DNA of 64,000 nt from contig OZ024744.1 in the NCBI GenBank assembly GCA_964016885.1, positions 88,412,001-88,476,000 of the forward strand. Reading direction: 5' to 3'. This DNA is from Eledone cirrhosa. Taxonomy: Eukaryota. The notes beneath the pieces were generated by a model. That model was not told where the DNA came from. It saw only the letters and a list, made by a program, of their open reading frames with translations, and made no database searches. Position numbers and translations under genes: made by a program. This document shows, one piece after another, positions 40,376 to 55,676 of this stretch (position 1 is its first letter; each line of letters starts with the position of its first letter).

Positions 40376-40938
40376 CTTCAGAGCATCAGGAGAAATGCTT
40401 TAAATTATTTTTCCAGCCCTTTAGGTTCTGAGTTCAAATTCAAAATAGACCATTTTTACATTTCATTCCCCGGGAGTAGATAAAATAAGATTCAAGTCAA
40501 GTACTTGATCGATTTAATCGATTTCTTCAAACACCCCCGCCTCGTATCAAATTGCTCCAATTGCATAAATTGGAAATATATATAAATGTATTCATAAATT
40601 CAGTATTTGAATATTCAATAACCAGACCAACCTTGCCTCCAACTCCTATTATCCAATAGTAGTTGCATTTAATCTGGTTTTATATTTTTTTTGTAATAAC
40701 CACCAGGCTGCGTGTATATAATATATATTTGAGTTTGTGGATTTCAGCATGTCTCAATAGGGGCAAAAATGCGTGCGCTTGTGCTGTGTTGTGCAGTGTG
40801 CACTTGTGTTGCTCAGGTGTGGGTGGGTGTATGTACACCTGCTTGCATGTGTATGTATTCTGTATTTGTATTATATATCCGTTATTGTGTATATACATAT
40901 ACAGGGTGAGTCATAAGTAAACGTGGAGTCAATACATT

Positions 40939-41157
40939 TTAACCTTTAAGCATTTAAACCGGCCGTATCCGGCCAGAGTTCTCTCACCAGCCACTCATAC
41001 TGATGTTAAAGTATTGTTCTCAAAATAAATGATATAAACATCTCGTAGATTCGATATTATGTGGGATAATTAAAGAGATAATTATGTGAGATAATTAAAG
41101 CCTTTACCATGAAAATATAATAGTAAATACAGAGTAATGTAAATGCTAAAGGGTTAA
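40939..41157. mobile_element. piggyBac-type MITE
   Basis: TTAA-CCTTTAAGCATTTA..TAAATGCTAAAGGG-TTAA. Confidence 0.7.
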
Positions 41158-42225
41158 TACAGGTTTTGGGCATCTGCTTCAAAATATATTGAAGGAACGT
41201 GGTCAGCTTTTCAAACACTTACTTTAATTATATATTTTTTTACTATTTTTGTTTGATGTATTTATAATTTCCTAATATATAACCAGAATTTTAGTAAATA
41301 TTATCATTTGGAATTATCAATGTAGGATTGTCCGGTTACTTTTAACTCAACCTGTATATTATTTTACCCGTTTACTGATTTCAATCATTGGACACGGGCC
41401 ATGATAGGAAACTTTCTAGATGTGTTCTTGCTTGATCATATAGAACCCAATGGATTACTATTTGTATTTATTTTTGTATTTTTCACTATGGTAATTTTTT
41501 TTACTGATTGTACAATTTACCATTTCACAACAACACATACGCACATGAATAGAGAGTATATATGTCTCTCTCTCTCTCCACCTTTATCCCCTTCTCTTCT
41601 TCTCTCTCTTTATATATATATTGTCTCTCTCTGTCCACCACTGGCCGCTGGTCTTTATCGATGTCTGCCATTGCCCATCGATGTCTGCCATTGACAGCAT
41701 TTAGTTGTTTTAACGGCTCTTCTAGCGATGAGTTTTCTAATTTTTTATATGTATTCAAATACACACACGCTTTATCTCGATCAGAGACAGCATTGTTTAA
41801 TTTATATATATATAAAAAGGATCGATCGACCTTCGTCAAATCGGACCGAGGAAACAATATTTCCGTTGGTTTTTGCAGTTGCTAATACTATCTATCGGTC
41901 ACAACTGCAGGTAGAAAGAGCAACGTGAAATAAAGTGTCTTGCTCAAGGACATAACGCATCGCCCGGTCCAGAAATCGAACTCACAACCTCAAGATATAT
42001 ATATATATATATTTATATATAAGTTTATCCCGGGTTCAATCGGGGGTATCAACATGATGATTTCTCCCGAATAAAACAGTTCTAGTCCTGTAGAAGCCAT
42101 TTCTATGGTATTAATGTGAAAATCATACTTCTTTCAGCAAAAAACCATATTTATTCCCTTATATATGTTTCGAATGAGATAGGAAATCCAATCTCTGAAA
42201 ATGTTGGTATAAGTGATTCTTATAG

Positions 42226-42260
<35 letters not shown>

Positions 42261-42464
42261 AAAATGTTTAACCCCGACGGCAGAGCTCAAGCCGTTTCGA
42301 TGGCTATTTCTGAGTCCAGAAATAGCCGTCGAAACGGGGTTAAACATTTTCCTATTCGTCGAAACGTCGGGGTTAAACATTTTCCTATTGCCCACTCTAC
42401 TACCCTAAGTATTCAGTACTCTGGTGCGTTATGGTCCATCTGGTTCCTTACCACACTTTCTTCG

Positions 42465-42515
<51 letters not shown>

Positions 42516-42760
42516 AAAATGGAACGGGAACAAAACAGAGAGGCAGTATATATATATATAATGTCTAAATGGTCAGTCTTGTTACTCTGGGGTTTTATCC
42601 GTGTAATCACAAGATCATCAGAGTATGCAACGGTCTTCCACGCTATTTCAGCCTACCAAATTTCACACAGAAGTCATTAGTTATACAGTACTGAAGCATA
42701 AGAAATTGCATAACTCGCTCGACATACAAAAGTACTAAACCCAATACTTATATATATGTG

Positions 42761-42806
<46 letters not shown>

Positions 42807-44016
42807 TGTGTGTCTGTGTGTGTCTGTGTGTGTGTGTATTTGGTCGTCAAGTATGAAATTTATAAAAATTTATTGAAAAAAAACAAATTTCTACAAATTT
42901 CATACTTGATGACCCAATATATAAGTGTGGTGTGTATATATGTGTGTTTGTGTGTGTGAGTATTTGTGTCTATCTGTGAGCACGCGCGCGTGTGCATGCG
43001 TGTATGCGCGTTCGCGTGTGTGTGTGTGCATGTATATGTTTATATATATATATATTCATCTGATAGTATATTTTTCATACTGTTCTGTGTTTGTGTATGC
43101 GTGCTTACACGTATGCCTGTCTAATTCTATGCATGAAATACGTGATCGGCATGTTGCCTGTCTGTGTATTGTGACACGTGTGCATATGTGTGTGTGTTTT
43201 GCACGCGCGCGTGTGCGTGCGCGCGTTAGTATGTGCCCGTGTGGGTGTCCACCCGAGTGTGTGTGCGCCCGCGTGTTGGGTGCGCGCGCTTGTATGTGTC
43301 ATACATTTATGCGTCTTTGCGTGTTATTTCATGTCTTATCTTTGCGGAGCTCACACATCGCCGTCCAGCCACCCATCCCACCCAATTAGCAGCATGCCAG
43401 CCAGCTAACTAGCCATCCCACAAACTCTTCTGTCAGCCAGGCCAAGCCAGCCAGTCATCCAGCCATCTGGCCAATCAGCCCAAGAGCGATCCAGCCCACC
43501 AGACAGGCAGAGGGCAAACCAGCCTACCAGCCTAAACATGCTGCCAACCAGAACCCAGCCAGCTAACCAGACATCCATTAAATCAACCAGACACCTATCC
43601 AGTCAAACAGACAGCCCAGCCAGTGAACCAGACAACCAGACAACCAGCCAGTCAGCCAGTTAGCCAGTCAGCCAAGCAAGGTATAAAACAAGCTGAAAAA
43701 CCAAGGCGAGGAGAAGTGAGCCAAGGGTTAGTGAGCATCAACTCTTTTTCTTAACGTTTTCTGTTATTGAATATCCAAAATAAACAACGGGCATTAGAAA
43801 CAAGAGTGGAATTATCGCAGGGGCTGGAACGAAGGCGGTGCAAAGATACACCCTTTCTTGCTAACTCCTCCACCCATCTACAGAAATACACTGCCAACAG
43901 ACACCAGTCTGGCGACAACGCTGTTCTACACCTGGCTTCGACGCCGCCTTTCAAACGAAAGAAGAGCTAGAAATGGTACTTAGTAAGGCTCCGTATTGAG
44001 AGCGGTGTCAGGAACA

Positions 44017-44138
<122 letters not shown>

Positions 44139-44268
44139 ATATATATATACGTGTGTGTGTATGTATATACATACATACATACAAACATATTTATATATAT
44201 ATATATGTATGTATATATGTATGTGTCTATGTATATATATGTGTGTGTGTATTTGTGTATATGTAAAT

Positions 44269-44301
<33 letters not shown>

Positions 44302-44338
44302 GAAAGATTTGAATGGATACAGTTTAGTTGAAAGGAAT

Positions 44339-44455
44339 TTATTGACACGTGTTTCTATAACAGTTACATAACCTAAAACAGCTATCTACAAACTTTTAGT
44401 TATGCAGACATTCAATATTTCAATGTTATTGTTTACTGTCATTTCATCAGAATAA
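44339..44455 (-). ncRNA. type I hammerhead motif with ~88-nt stem II domain
   Basis: Minus strand: TTATT-CTGATGA-aATGACAGT..ACTGTTATa-GAAA-CACGTG-TC-AATAA. Confidence 0.72.
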
Positions 44456-45047
44456 TATTACTGAGGACCTATTTAGTTTTTATAGAGAATATTAGGAGGA
44501 AGGGGTGAAGTTGTTAGAAGAATAGTTGAAGGAGTGGTTTTTCGATAGCAGTGAGAATTCTTGGTGGCAGTGATTAATTAGATTCCCATCTATTGTTTTG
44601 ACATTTTTTATAGAATATATTATTGGTTATTTTTCTAAATCTATAGAAGGATTAGAGATAGTAAAGATATGCGTGGTTGGTTTTGTGTTTGCACTTAACA
44701 TTCAGACTTAAATTTTTCTTTCAAGTGTACGTATTCTTTCACCCACGCATTCACACACAAATATATTTGCACACCTCTACAAAATACATATACTCACAAT
44801 TCACATATTCATACTTACATATATATACACATGCATACACATATATATACACACATGTATTCATGTACATACATACGCGCTCATGTGTATACATTTTCAT
44901 ACTCAACTTATCTTTATATATACACACGTATAGACACACACATATATACATACATACTCTAGTCCATGTGTACACACATACACATACATACACATCCATA
45001 TACACATACATACTTACACATATATATATATACATATATACATATAC

Positions 45048-45078
<31 letters not shown>

Positions 45079-45101
45079 CACATACATATATACACACATA
45101 T

Positions 45102-45134
<33 letters not shown>

Positions 45135-45434
45135 AGCACTTTAATACATGAATACACTTACATCTAACTATACACATCAAACATATATATATATTTACTT
45201 ATTTATATACATTTTCACATATATATACATACTTATGGACGTTTTTAGACACATTCATTATCGCATATTTGTACCTATTCTCATCAGCATATCTTTTCAT
45301 TATTAGTATGGTAATTTAAGGTTATTAATATATGTTGAGAAGAGATTGTTTTTATATTTTTCTAACTAGATTAAGGTTTATATAGTTGGGGGATGTCCCT
45401 CTTTTATGTAATATTCTGCTTGTAGTGGTCAAAT

Positions 45435-45514
45435 GCTTTGTATAGTCTTAAAGACTATTTCACGAAAACTTTCAGTGGAGATGGTCACGGTTGGAATTCG
45501 ATCCTCAGCAGAGC
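45435..45514 (-). ncRNA. type I hammerhead ribozyme motif
   Basis: Minus strand: GCTCTG-CTGAGGA-tCGAA..TTCGt-GAAA-TAGTCT(tta)AGACTA-TA-CAAAGC. Confidence 0.75.
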
Positions 45515-45538
45515 TCAACTCGATAACCAAATGGGAAA

Positions 45539-45581
<43 letters not shown>

Positions 45582-46174
45582 CGTATATATATATATATAT
45601 ACACCTAAATAAATGTGTACGCGTGTGTGTGTGTTCGTGTGCGTGCACCACCACCCCACCACACACACACACACACACACATCTACACACGTATATGGTA
45701 TATATATTGTATATGATACGATGTCATAGACTAACACTAATGAAAATCACATCTATACCCAGCCTTTCTACGTAAACAAAAACACAACACGCACACATGC
45801 GGGCACGCGCACACTCACAGAAGCCATATATATATGTGTGTATATGCGGATATACGGTGGAGGCACGAAGCCTAGTGGTAAGGCTGTTGGACTTACTATC
45901 ATAACGTCGTGGGTTCGATTCCTGGTTTGCGCGTTGTGTTCTTGAGCAAAACAATTCATTTCACTCTGCTCCAGTATGAGCAAAATGGGTAACAGCAATA
46001 GCAGAGGGTTTAACTTGGCGTCCTGTCCATGAGGGAGTTTTGTACTCTCAGTCGCTTCACGCCATGAAACTGGGATAAGAACCGGCCAAATGAGCCTTCT
46101 GGCTTAAAACAGACTTTAGTATATGTATATATATATATTTCTTTATACATATATATGTTTGAGTATGTGTACAC

Positions 46175-46249
<75 letters not shown>

Positions 46250-46254
<5 letters not shown>

Positions 46255-46928
46255 GAAAGGTATAGAAAACGTTGTAGCAAAAGGCCAACAGTATTCCATA
46301 GTATATAAGTGACTATAGCGTCAAAATGGGAAAAATAGTTGACGTAAGATGTGGGAAAAATAATTCAAACTCATCTCAAAAAGAATCAGGACATAGATTC
46401 ATCCAACAGAATTTAGTGAAATCCAGGGAAAAATCAATAGAGCCTTAACTCATGATAAAATAAAGTTTAAAATACTCATCCTTCAATTTGGAAAAACTTC
46501 AAATGCTTTGTATAGTCTTAAAGACTATTTCACGAAAACTTTCAGTGGAGATGGTCACGGTTGGAATTCGATCCTCAGCAGAGCTCAACTCGATAACCAA
46601 AATTCTCACAGATTAATATGCCAAAAAGGGAATTTAAAATAGTCTAGTTCACCATCATGCGTGATTATGAAAAATAAAACGCAGATGAGGAAAGACAGGC
46701 TGGTGACGTCAGAATGAGACGAATGTTTGTTTACAAGAAACAACAGTAAAAAAACATTCCGAAAAAAAAACTTTACAATAAAGAGTTCAGCAAAAAGCAA
46801 TATTATCGCGGTTTTTTATTAAAAAAATACCGGGATTAGTCACAAATAATTTAAGCACTCTAGGAAAGAAATCCGAGTATAAATATATAAATGAAAGGTA
46901 TAGAAAACCATTGTAGCAAAAGGCCAAT
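46250..46928 (-). mobile_element. ~638-nt HHR-bearing unit with terminal direct repeat, between (TA)n tracts
   Basis: AAATGAAAGGTATAGAAAAC..GCAAAAGGCCAA at 46251 and 46889. Terminal fragment reverse-complemented at ~62410-62500. Confidence 0.75.
46505..46584 (-). ncRNA. type I hammerhead ribozyme motif (identical to 45435-45514)
   Basis: Same ~100-bp block as 45430-45530. Confidence 0.75.
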
Positions 46929-46939
46929 ATATATATATA

Positions 46940-47280
46940 CAGTGAACCACCGGCATTTCCTTGGAACCTAATTAATAGCTGTTCGTGGAAAATACGGCAT
47001 ATTCGCGGAATCGTGAATATCTTCCGCAATTTTTGTTATGGATTTTTTCGTGGCAATATATATATATTTTAACGCTAAATGATTCATAACAATATACCGT
47101 ATTTGCCGGCCTATTGGACTCCCCTTCCACATAAGACGCTGCCTCTTTTTTTTAAAATTATATTTTACGTTATATTTGACGTTTATATGGATTTGTATGG
47201 ACCTCGTCCAATATTCACGGTTTTTCACTCTTTGCGTGTGCTCTAGTTACGTAACCCCTGCGAATACAGGGGCACAGCTG
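46940..47280. mobile_element. Tigger/pogo-like MITE
   Basis: TA|CAGTG..CAGCTG|TA with ATTCGCGG and GCGAATA subterminal motifs. Confidence 0.5.
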
Positions 47281-47693
47281 TATATATATTTATTCATGTC
47301 AATATACATATATAATCTACATATGTGTATGCATGTAAATATGTGTGTGTGCGTCTATGTGTGCTTATGTTTATGCCTGTGCCTTTGTCCATGTCCGTGA
47401 CTAACAGAGTTCGGTAAAATATGAAGCATATTGTGTTGATGTTAAAATAATGTACTAAATGATGACGCGTCCCAACAATCGCTGCAGTCTATTGATTGAA
47501 ACCAGTAAAAGAAAAAACAGAAGAAGTATTAATATATATATATTATATATATATAATAGCATCGTATTTAAAATTGAGTGACACTGCTTCTAATGTTCAG
47601 CAATTTTTAGACAACTTAATCAGAGAAACAATTGTTAGACTGTAAATAAATTGCCCTTTTTTGTACTGTTGACCATGTTATTCTTCACGTTTC

Positions 47694-47754
<61 letters not shown>

Positions 47755-47978
47755 AATAAAGATTCAGCGAGAATCGCATTTCGGCGGACAGGAAAGGCGA
47801 AACGAAACGCAAAAATCAGAAATGACACTGGCAAAGTGCTCAATAGTTAAAAACCAGAGCTAAACAATGTGTTAAGAAGCCATACAAAACTGAAAAGGTG
47901 GTCAAGAAGGCATTAACCACCCAAGCCAAAAAACCCAAATCAAGCTAAACAGGTCAAAACAAAATAAATGATAAAAAA

Positions 47979-48040
<62 letters not shown>

Positions 48041-48044
<4 letters not shown>

Positions 48045-48192
48045 CGAGTAAAATTCCCGAGTTCCAGCGGTCTCTGTCCTCATTATCGCTGCCATGTCCC
48101 TGCGTCTCCAAGAGACCAGTGTCTGTCCTTAGGGCATCAACATATGTTAACCTCTGGATGTCGGGTGAGCATGTCCAGCTAACCTCAGTCTC
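48041..48192 (-). pseudogene. internally deleted 3' fragment of the RTE LINE at 60268-61310
   Basis: [13 protein letters not shown]. The 3' end abuts (TA)n. Confidence 0.8.
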
Positions 48193-48224
48193 GGGATATT
48201 TTTTCTGTTTATGTATATAGATAG

Positions 48225-48354
<130 letters not shown>

Positions 48355-48893
48355 CTCTGTGTGTGTATATATAAATGCATATTTTATCTATATATATATG
48401 TGTTCAATCATTGGGGATAAAAAAAACTACCAGAGTGACGGACATATTACCTTCGGAATGAATGGGGCATTAATGTGAGTTTTTTAACTCCGTTAATATA
48501 TATATATGTGTGTGGGGTGTGTGTGTGTGGGGGGGGGGGGTGTGATTATAACACTAGTCGATCACAATAAACTATAGTTTAGAATATCGCGTAAAATGCT
48601 GGACAAATTTTCACAGTGCTTCCTAAGTCATGTTAATATATATATTTGGCTGACTAGTGTCTTTTTCTCTAGAATTTTTACTCATTTTCCCCCGTTCCTT
48701 TCTCTCCTTACTCTTTTCTTGCTATTTATCTTCTATTTCTAACTCTATCCTCGGATGAAGGATTAGTGTCCGAAACGCTAAGACTTTTTTTCCCTCTTAT
48801 TTCTTATTTCAAGCATTAAACTAATATATTTCTGCAATCTACTGTGTCGTTTGCTTTGTTATTTATGTTTATCTTATACACACACATACACAC

Positions 48894-49067
<174 letters not shown>

Positions 49068-49329
49068 AGAGATAGAGAGAGAGATTTATATATATAGATG
49101 GATATAGCTATTTGTGTGTGTCACAAGTGTTTGTTCTTATTTTTGTGCTGTAACGTACCAGTTCGGCAAATAGAGGTTGGGTAATAGCAAATAGAAAGAA
49201 ATAATTGTTGGGATTGGTATGATCACTGAAACCCTTCGACGCCTTGCCTCAAATATCGTCATTGAGATGTTCATAGTATAATAAATCTTTAAGTGTTTAC
49301 ACCAGTCCAGCCTCCTGTCATTTTATATA

Positions 49330-49411
<82 letters not shown>

Positions 49412-49650
49412 GAAAGTTCTGGAAAGTTAACCAGGAATCTTTAAAAATGTTCCCACTGAAGTTAACAAATAACTTACTAGATCTACAAAATCAAATTTAT
49501 AAAATTAAATTAAATTGTTTAGTGAAGTCATTATTTTCTTTTTTTTTTTTGCAAGAGATGTCAACATAAATGGACCTATTATTTTTATCGAAGACATTTT
49601 TTACAATTCCATCCCTCCCGTCCCCTCAATCTATTTTATTTCTCATTCTT

Positions 49651-49686
49651 TCTTCTCATGTAGGACTAGCGTCCGAAACGTTAAGA
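49651..49686 (+). ncRNA. degenerate minimal hammerhead motif (second copy at 48748-48783)
   Basis: TCTT-ctcatgt-aGGAC(tagc)GTCC-GAAA-CG-TT-AAGA. The 48748 copy has CGGATGA-aGGA..TCC-GAAACG. Downstream flanks are homologous. Confidence 0.55.
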
Positions 49687-49975
49687 CCCTCTTCCTGCTA
49701 TATCAAGCGTTAACCTAATATATCCCTTCCATATACTGTACTGATTGTCTTGTTATTTCTGTTTATCTTTTACACACACACACATATATATATATCCAGG
49801 GAGTGTAACTTGGAGTTACTGTAGGTTCACCCGGTGAGCACTCGATGTTTATGTTCACTTCAGTGTCGAGGTGTAAAGCTCCACAGAGTGTATTATAGTA
49901 AAATAAAATAATTACGTTTATTGATTGGTGACGCGCGTTTCGCCATTGATCAGCTCATTCCATTACCATTACAAG

Positions 49976-50062
49976 GGGCCTGACGAGCCGCGGATTACAG
50001 AGTCGGGTCAGATCGATACAGATCGAACCTTGAGCTGATCAGTGGCGAAATGCGCATCACCA
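49976..50062 (+). ncRNA. type I hammerhead motif with long stem II and an inverted copy of its 3' half upstream
   Basis: CTGACGA-GCCGCgGATT..GATCaGTGGC-GAAA-TGCGCA-TC. Stem I is weak. The inverted half at ~49913-49957 reads GAAA-CGCGCG-TC. Decayed relative at ~15350-15440 (-). Confidence 0.68.
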
Positions 50063-50159
50063 ACTAATAAACGTAATGAAGGAGTAACCATTCGTCCTTG
50101 TTATTTTATTTCGGCCGGCCGACTGAGGTAGAGGCTGCTAAATAGTCGGTCGTCCTCTT

Positions 50160-50458
50160 GTCTCTGATTTTCAGCCCCATGGATTTTATGTGTTATAATC
50201 CTTTGTTATATTTTGAATACCTGATGATGTCACCGGATTACTATTGAACCCGGTCATTGAAATGATCAAATTATAATAAACCTTTCAAGGATTTACACCA
50301 GTCCAGCCTCCTGTTATTTTATAATAATTAACTCCGAACTCGCACCACCAACTACACAAAGACGGGTGGGGTGCATTACGTTGAGTGCTCTCCATAATAT
50401 TACATCGCGATTGACCATGCCGAATGACCAGTTCTATCCAGTGGTGAACCAACAAACC

Positions 50459-50461
<3 letters not shown>
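50160..50461 (+). mobile_element. second copy of the 1.7-2.2-kb HHR family (cleavage site mutated)
   Basis: ATAC-CTGATGA(50221)..GAAA-TGATCA-AA. Same 3' end abutting (TA)n. Confidence 0.78.
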
Positions 50462-50530
<69 letters not shown>

Positions 50531-51170
50531 TAAACGGAATAGAAAATGCTGACAAATTGTTCACAGTTGAAAAATGGTTTAATTAGGAATAAAAGAGTAT
50601 TAGTGATTGTATGAGTTAGTATTCAGTTGTGGTTTTAAGTTTTTAAGTTTTTTACCGGTTGCGCATTTGTAAATGCTTTCAAAAATAATTTTGAGATAGA
50701 GTGTCCGTGTTGTTTGCTCTGATCTGTATATATATATATATATATATATACGTGTATTGGACTGGTATTGTTTTTGTGTCTTGTTCTTGTTCTTGTCCAA
50801 GAGAGTTATTTAAATAGATAGCTATAAACACTAATCTATCAATCTGTCCGAGTGATAGATTGGTAGAGCGAGAGAGATATGTTATTTTTATTGTCAGAAC
50901 TTCTATGTACCCGTATCTATATTAATGTATATGTCTGTCTTTCTATATCTCCTCTCTTTCTATCTACTAGCCGCTAAAATCTACCTGCTTCCTTCTTCTA
51001 CATGCTTCCATACCACCCTTAATCTATTCTGAACACACGAACACACCCTGTTTATATAAGTTGTAGGTAAAAATCAACGTTTGGTGTTTTTTACCCTGAC
51101 ATTCTTCCCTGCTCACACATGCGCTCTCACGAGTTTCTGCTGCACAAGTGGTTTTGAGGTGGCAGTTGGC

Positions 51171-51256
<86 letters not shown>

Positions 51257-51257
51257 G

Positions 51258-51347
<90 letters not shown>

Positions 51348-51571
51348 CAAAAGAGGGGGTTCACAAGACAAAGACAATAGAGTAAAACAACGGAACAGAA
51401 AACAGTCCCTACTCGTCAGTTAGCTTCTGGAAATCACTATAGTTTCTTTGAATTAAAGTTGATACTAATCATTCCAGTACACATGCACTGTCGTTAGTTT
51501 CCCACATTTATATATACGATATTATAGAGATAAACTATCAGCACTATATAGATTTATTAAATACACTATAC

Positions 51572-51938
51572 CAGTGCTACTTAAAGTGGTGGTCCGCGGA
51601 CCGGTGCCGGTACGCGAGCCACCAGCTACCGGTAAGCGGCCAGTGTCCAGGGCATGCTAAGGAATCATTTGAGGAATTTGTTTAATTACTTTTTTATATG
51701 TTTTGATATTGTATTATTTGTTTACAAAATAAATAAAAGATAAAAAAATGATCAACTATTATTATATTCATTATATATATCATTTCCGGTATAAATTAAT
51801 ATTTGTTTCTACTTTAGGCACAAGGCCAGCAATTACCCAGTTCATTACTGGTAATATTACTACGAAATATTAGGCGGTACGTGGCACATTGAAAAAAAAA
51901 ATGCCAGTCCGCCACATCAGATAGTTTGAGGAGCCCTG
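51572..51938. mobile_element. hAT (Charlie/MER5-like) MITE containing a SINE tail fragment
   Basis: CAGTGCTACTTAAAGTG..AGTTTGAGGAGCCCTG with perfect 8-bp TSD CACTATAC. Confidence 0.85.
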
Positions 51939-52338
51939 CACTATACTATCTTATCCTATCTTACTCAAATTAGGTTTAAAAATTAATTACTTATATTTCA
52001 CTATTTCAATATAATTTATTAATTATTAATTTTCTTAAATATCTCACACACCTCATTGCCATATATATCAGATAAATATTCTTTAGATAAGTATATATAA
52101 TATACACATATTGAATCAAATATATTTACTTAGCAATAATATTTAGATAACACTAACACCGGTATTATCCCTTGAATTACCTCCTTGACACTAATATTCT
52201 GAAATACGTAAATTGTACAATATTTAATTATATTAATATATTGTTTTTATATCTAGTTAAATATTATTGATTATTTGATAATTATTATAATCTTTATAAC
52301 ATCTCTGTAAGAACTTAAACATTAATATATATATGTAC

Positions 52339-52466
<128 letters not shown>

Positions 52467-52487
52467 TATATATATATATATATATAT

Positions 52488-53240
52488 TGGAAAAAATGAA
52501 ACGAAATTTCATTTCTCACTCTTAGTACGGCTGTTACTTAAATATAAGTATGTATACGTACATACATATATGTATACAGACGTACAGTAGTATGGATATA
52601 TATATACATACATGCACACACATATACATGTACGTATGGATTTACCGAACATTTATTATAATGCTCGGTGTGTTTGTAAACAAACATCCCGAATTAAGCC
52701 GTACAGTGATTAGCAACCATCGTTGCTCTTTTGTTCAACACTGACAAAGGAACGATGTACTAGTTTCAAGCTTATTAGCTATCGTCAGCAACGTATACCT
52801 TCCTGCCAGATGATTGAATGTCTGAAAGTATATACTTTCTTATGCATATTAACGGCTGAGCAGCTAATTTGCATATCGAGTGAGTTAATCGGCCGGGCGC
52901 ACCGAAAACGATAAACGGAAAAAGTGAAACGAAATTTCATTTCTCACTCTTAGTACGGCTGTTACTTAAATATAAGTATGTATACGTACATACATATATG
53001 TTTACAGACGTACAGTAGTATGTATATACATACATGCACACATATATATATATATGTGTACGTGTAGATTTACCGAACGTTTATTATAATGCTCGGTGTG
53101 TTTGTAAACAAACATCCCAAATTAAGCCGTACAGTGTTTAGCAACCATCGTGGCTCTTTTTTTCGGTAAATCCATACGTACATATATATATGTGTGCATG
53201 TATGTATATATATACATACTACTGGACGTGTATATATATA
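52488..53240 (-). mobile_element. ~1.5 tandem units (428-nt period) plus inverted segment of the 29.5-kb HHR family
   Basis: 52488-~52731 is repeated at 52916-~53160. ~53162-53230 is inverted. HHR at 52752-52794 (-). Confidence 0.85.
52752..52794 (-). ncRNA. minimal type I hammerhead ribozyme motif
   Basis: Minus strand: ACGTTG-CTGACGA-tAGCT..AGCTt-GAAA-CTAG-TA-CATCGT. Confidence 0.78.
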
Positions 53241-53293
53241 CATACTACTGGACGTTACATATATGTGATAAAATTTGCTCCGGACGTAACACC

Positions 53294-53384
53294 CGTGTCT
53301 GAAAGAACCCGCAGAAGTAGAATCAGCCAGATCCATACAAGGACCATGACTCGAGCTACATGCCGGCGAAACATTTGTAACACG
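53294..53384 (+). ncRNA. type I hammerhead motif, core with an extra A
   Basis: CGTGT-CTGAAAGA-aCCcGCA..TGCcGGc-GAAA-CATTTG-TA-ACACG. Confidence 0.62.
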
Positions 53385-53515
53385 AAATAAACTAAATCCA
53401 GATGCATCACTGATTTTTCGTTTTCTTTATAATATCTACACTCTACTCTGATGAATATGGAGTGCTAATTTTGGCATACCGCCTACGTAAGGACCATAGC
53501 TACCACTATACACAA

Positions 53516-53565
<50 letters not shown>

Positions 53566-53684
53566 CTGCGTGTATGTGTGTGTGTGTGTGTCTGTCTGTC
53601 TGTGTGTGTGTCTGTATGTCTGTGTGTGAGTGAAGCAGAAAGAGAGAGACAGCGAGATAGATAGATAGAAGGAGAGAGAGAGAG

Positions 53685-53846
<162 letters not shown>

Positions 53847-53939
53847 CGTGGTTATTTGAGATTGATTAGCTAAATCAATAACAGAGCAAGACTAGCAACT
53901 CTATATTGACAATGTCACGTGACATCACCGTCACCACCA

Positions 53940-54056
53940 CCACCACCGCAATTACTACTACTACTACTTCTACTACCTCTACTACTACAACTACTACTAC
54001 TACTACTACTACTTCTTCTACTACTACTACTACTACTACTACTGCTACTGCTGCTG

Positions 54057-54135
<79 letters not shown>

Positions 54136-54167
54136 TACTACTTCTACTACTACTACTACTTCTTCTT

Positions 54168-54237
<70 letters not shown>

Positions 54238-55116
54238 CGTCGTCTTCATCTTCATCGTAAGTGTCAACACCACCACCATCACCACTAATCCATGACCCCA
54301 CCACCATCAGCGGCAGCAAGAACAGCAACAGTAACAATAGCAGTAGTATAATAGCAACAACAACAGGAACAACAACAGTAACGTCAGCAGCACCAAGAGC
54401 AGCAACAGCACAGCAACAACAACAACAGCACAACACGCATACACACTCACGCACTCAGACACACACACACACGCACGCACACACTCACACATACATACAC
54501 ACACACGCATACACACAAATACATACACACACACACGTGCACACGCGCACACATACATACACACATACACACATACACACACATACATACAGACACACAA
54601 ACACACACGTACACACGCGCACGTAGATACACACACACACGCACACACACACACGCAGACACACATACACACACTCACACATACATCTACACACACACAC
54701 ATACAGACGCGCACATACACGCACATACATGCACACTCACATACATACACACATACACATGCACACAACACTCACTCACATACACACACACATACATGCA
54801 CATGCGCACACACACCCACACATACTCACACATACATACACACAGACATACACACACAAATACACACACACATACATACATACACATACACGCATACATA
54901 CACACATACATACACATCCACACACACACATACATACATACACATACACATACATACACACATACACACACACATACATACACACGCACACACACACGCG
55001 CATACACTCACACACACATGCATACACACACATGCATGCACATAAACACGCATACACGCACTCACACTCGCGCACACACACACATACACACACACGCACA
55101 CACATACACACACACG

Positions 55117-55148
<32 letters not shown>

Positions 55149-55277
55149 TTGTCTCTCCATCAAATATCTCAGTCCTAATAATTTCTGACACTGACACGAA
55201 ATTTCAGATTTCATTCTTTATTTAACAAAAAAATAATAAAAATTATAAAAATCCCCTTCGTTGATTTATTTATTTAC

Positions 55278-55328
<51 letters not shown>

Positions 55329-55345
55329 CTTATTTATTTATTTAC

Positions 55346-55376
<31 letters not shown>

Positions 55377-55514
55377 CTTATTTATTTATTTACATATTTA
55401 TTTATTTGTTTGTTTTATTTATTTATTTAACAGTTGTGTCGCGAAATAATGGTGACGTGTTCGTACCAATTCCGCATGATTGTTTAAGTGTTACGTAAGA
55501 GATGGGGAGTGGGG

Positions 55515-55554
<40 letters not shown>

Positions 55555-55624
55555 AGAGAAAGGGAGGGGAGAGAGAGGGGTGAAAGAGAGAGGGTGAGAG
55601 AAAGAGGGTGAGATAGATAGATAG

Positions 55625-55676
<52 letters not shown>

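Noticed and set aside
44400-44456. Alternative short HHR fold using GAAA at ~44418-44421 (minus strand)
   Set aside because: Stem I does not pair. The longer fold at 44339-44455 pairs all three stems.
53445-53500. CTGATGA followed by a small hairpin
   Set aside because: The GAAA half is absent, so it is at best a truncated relic.
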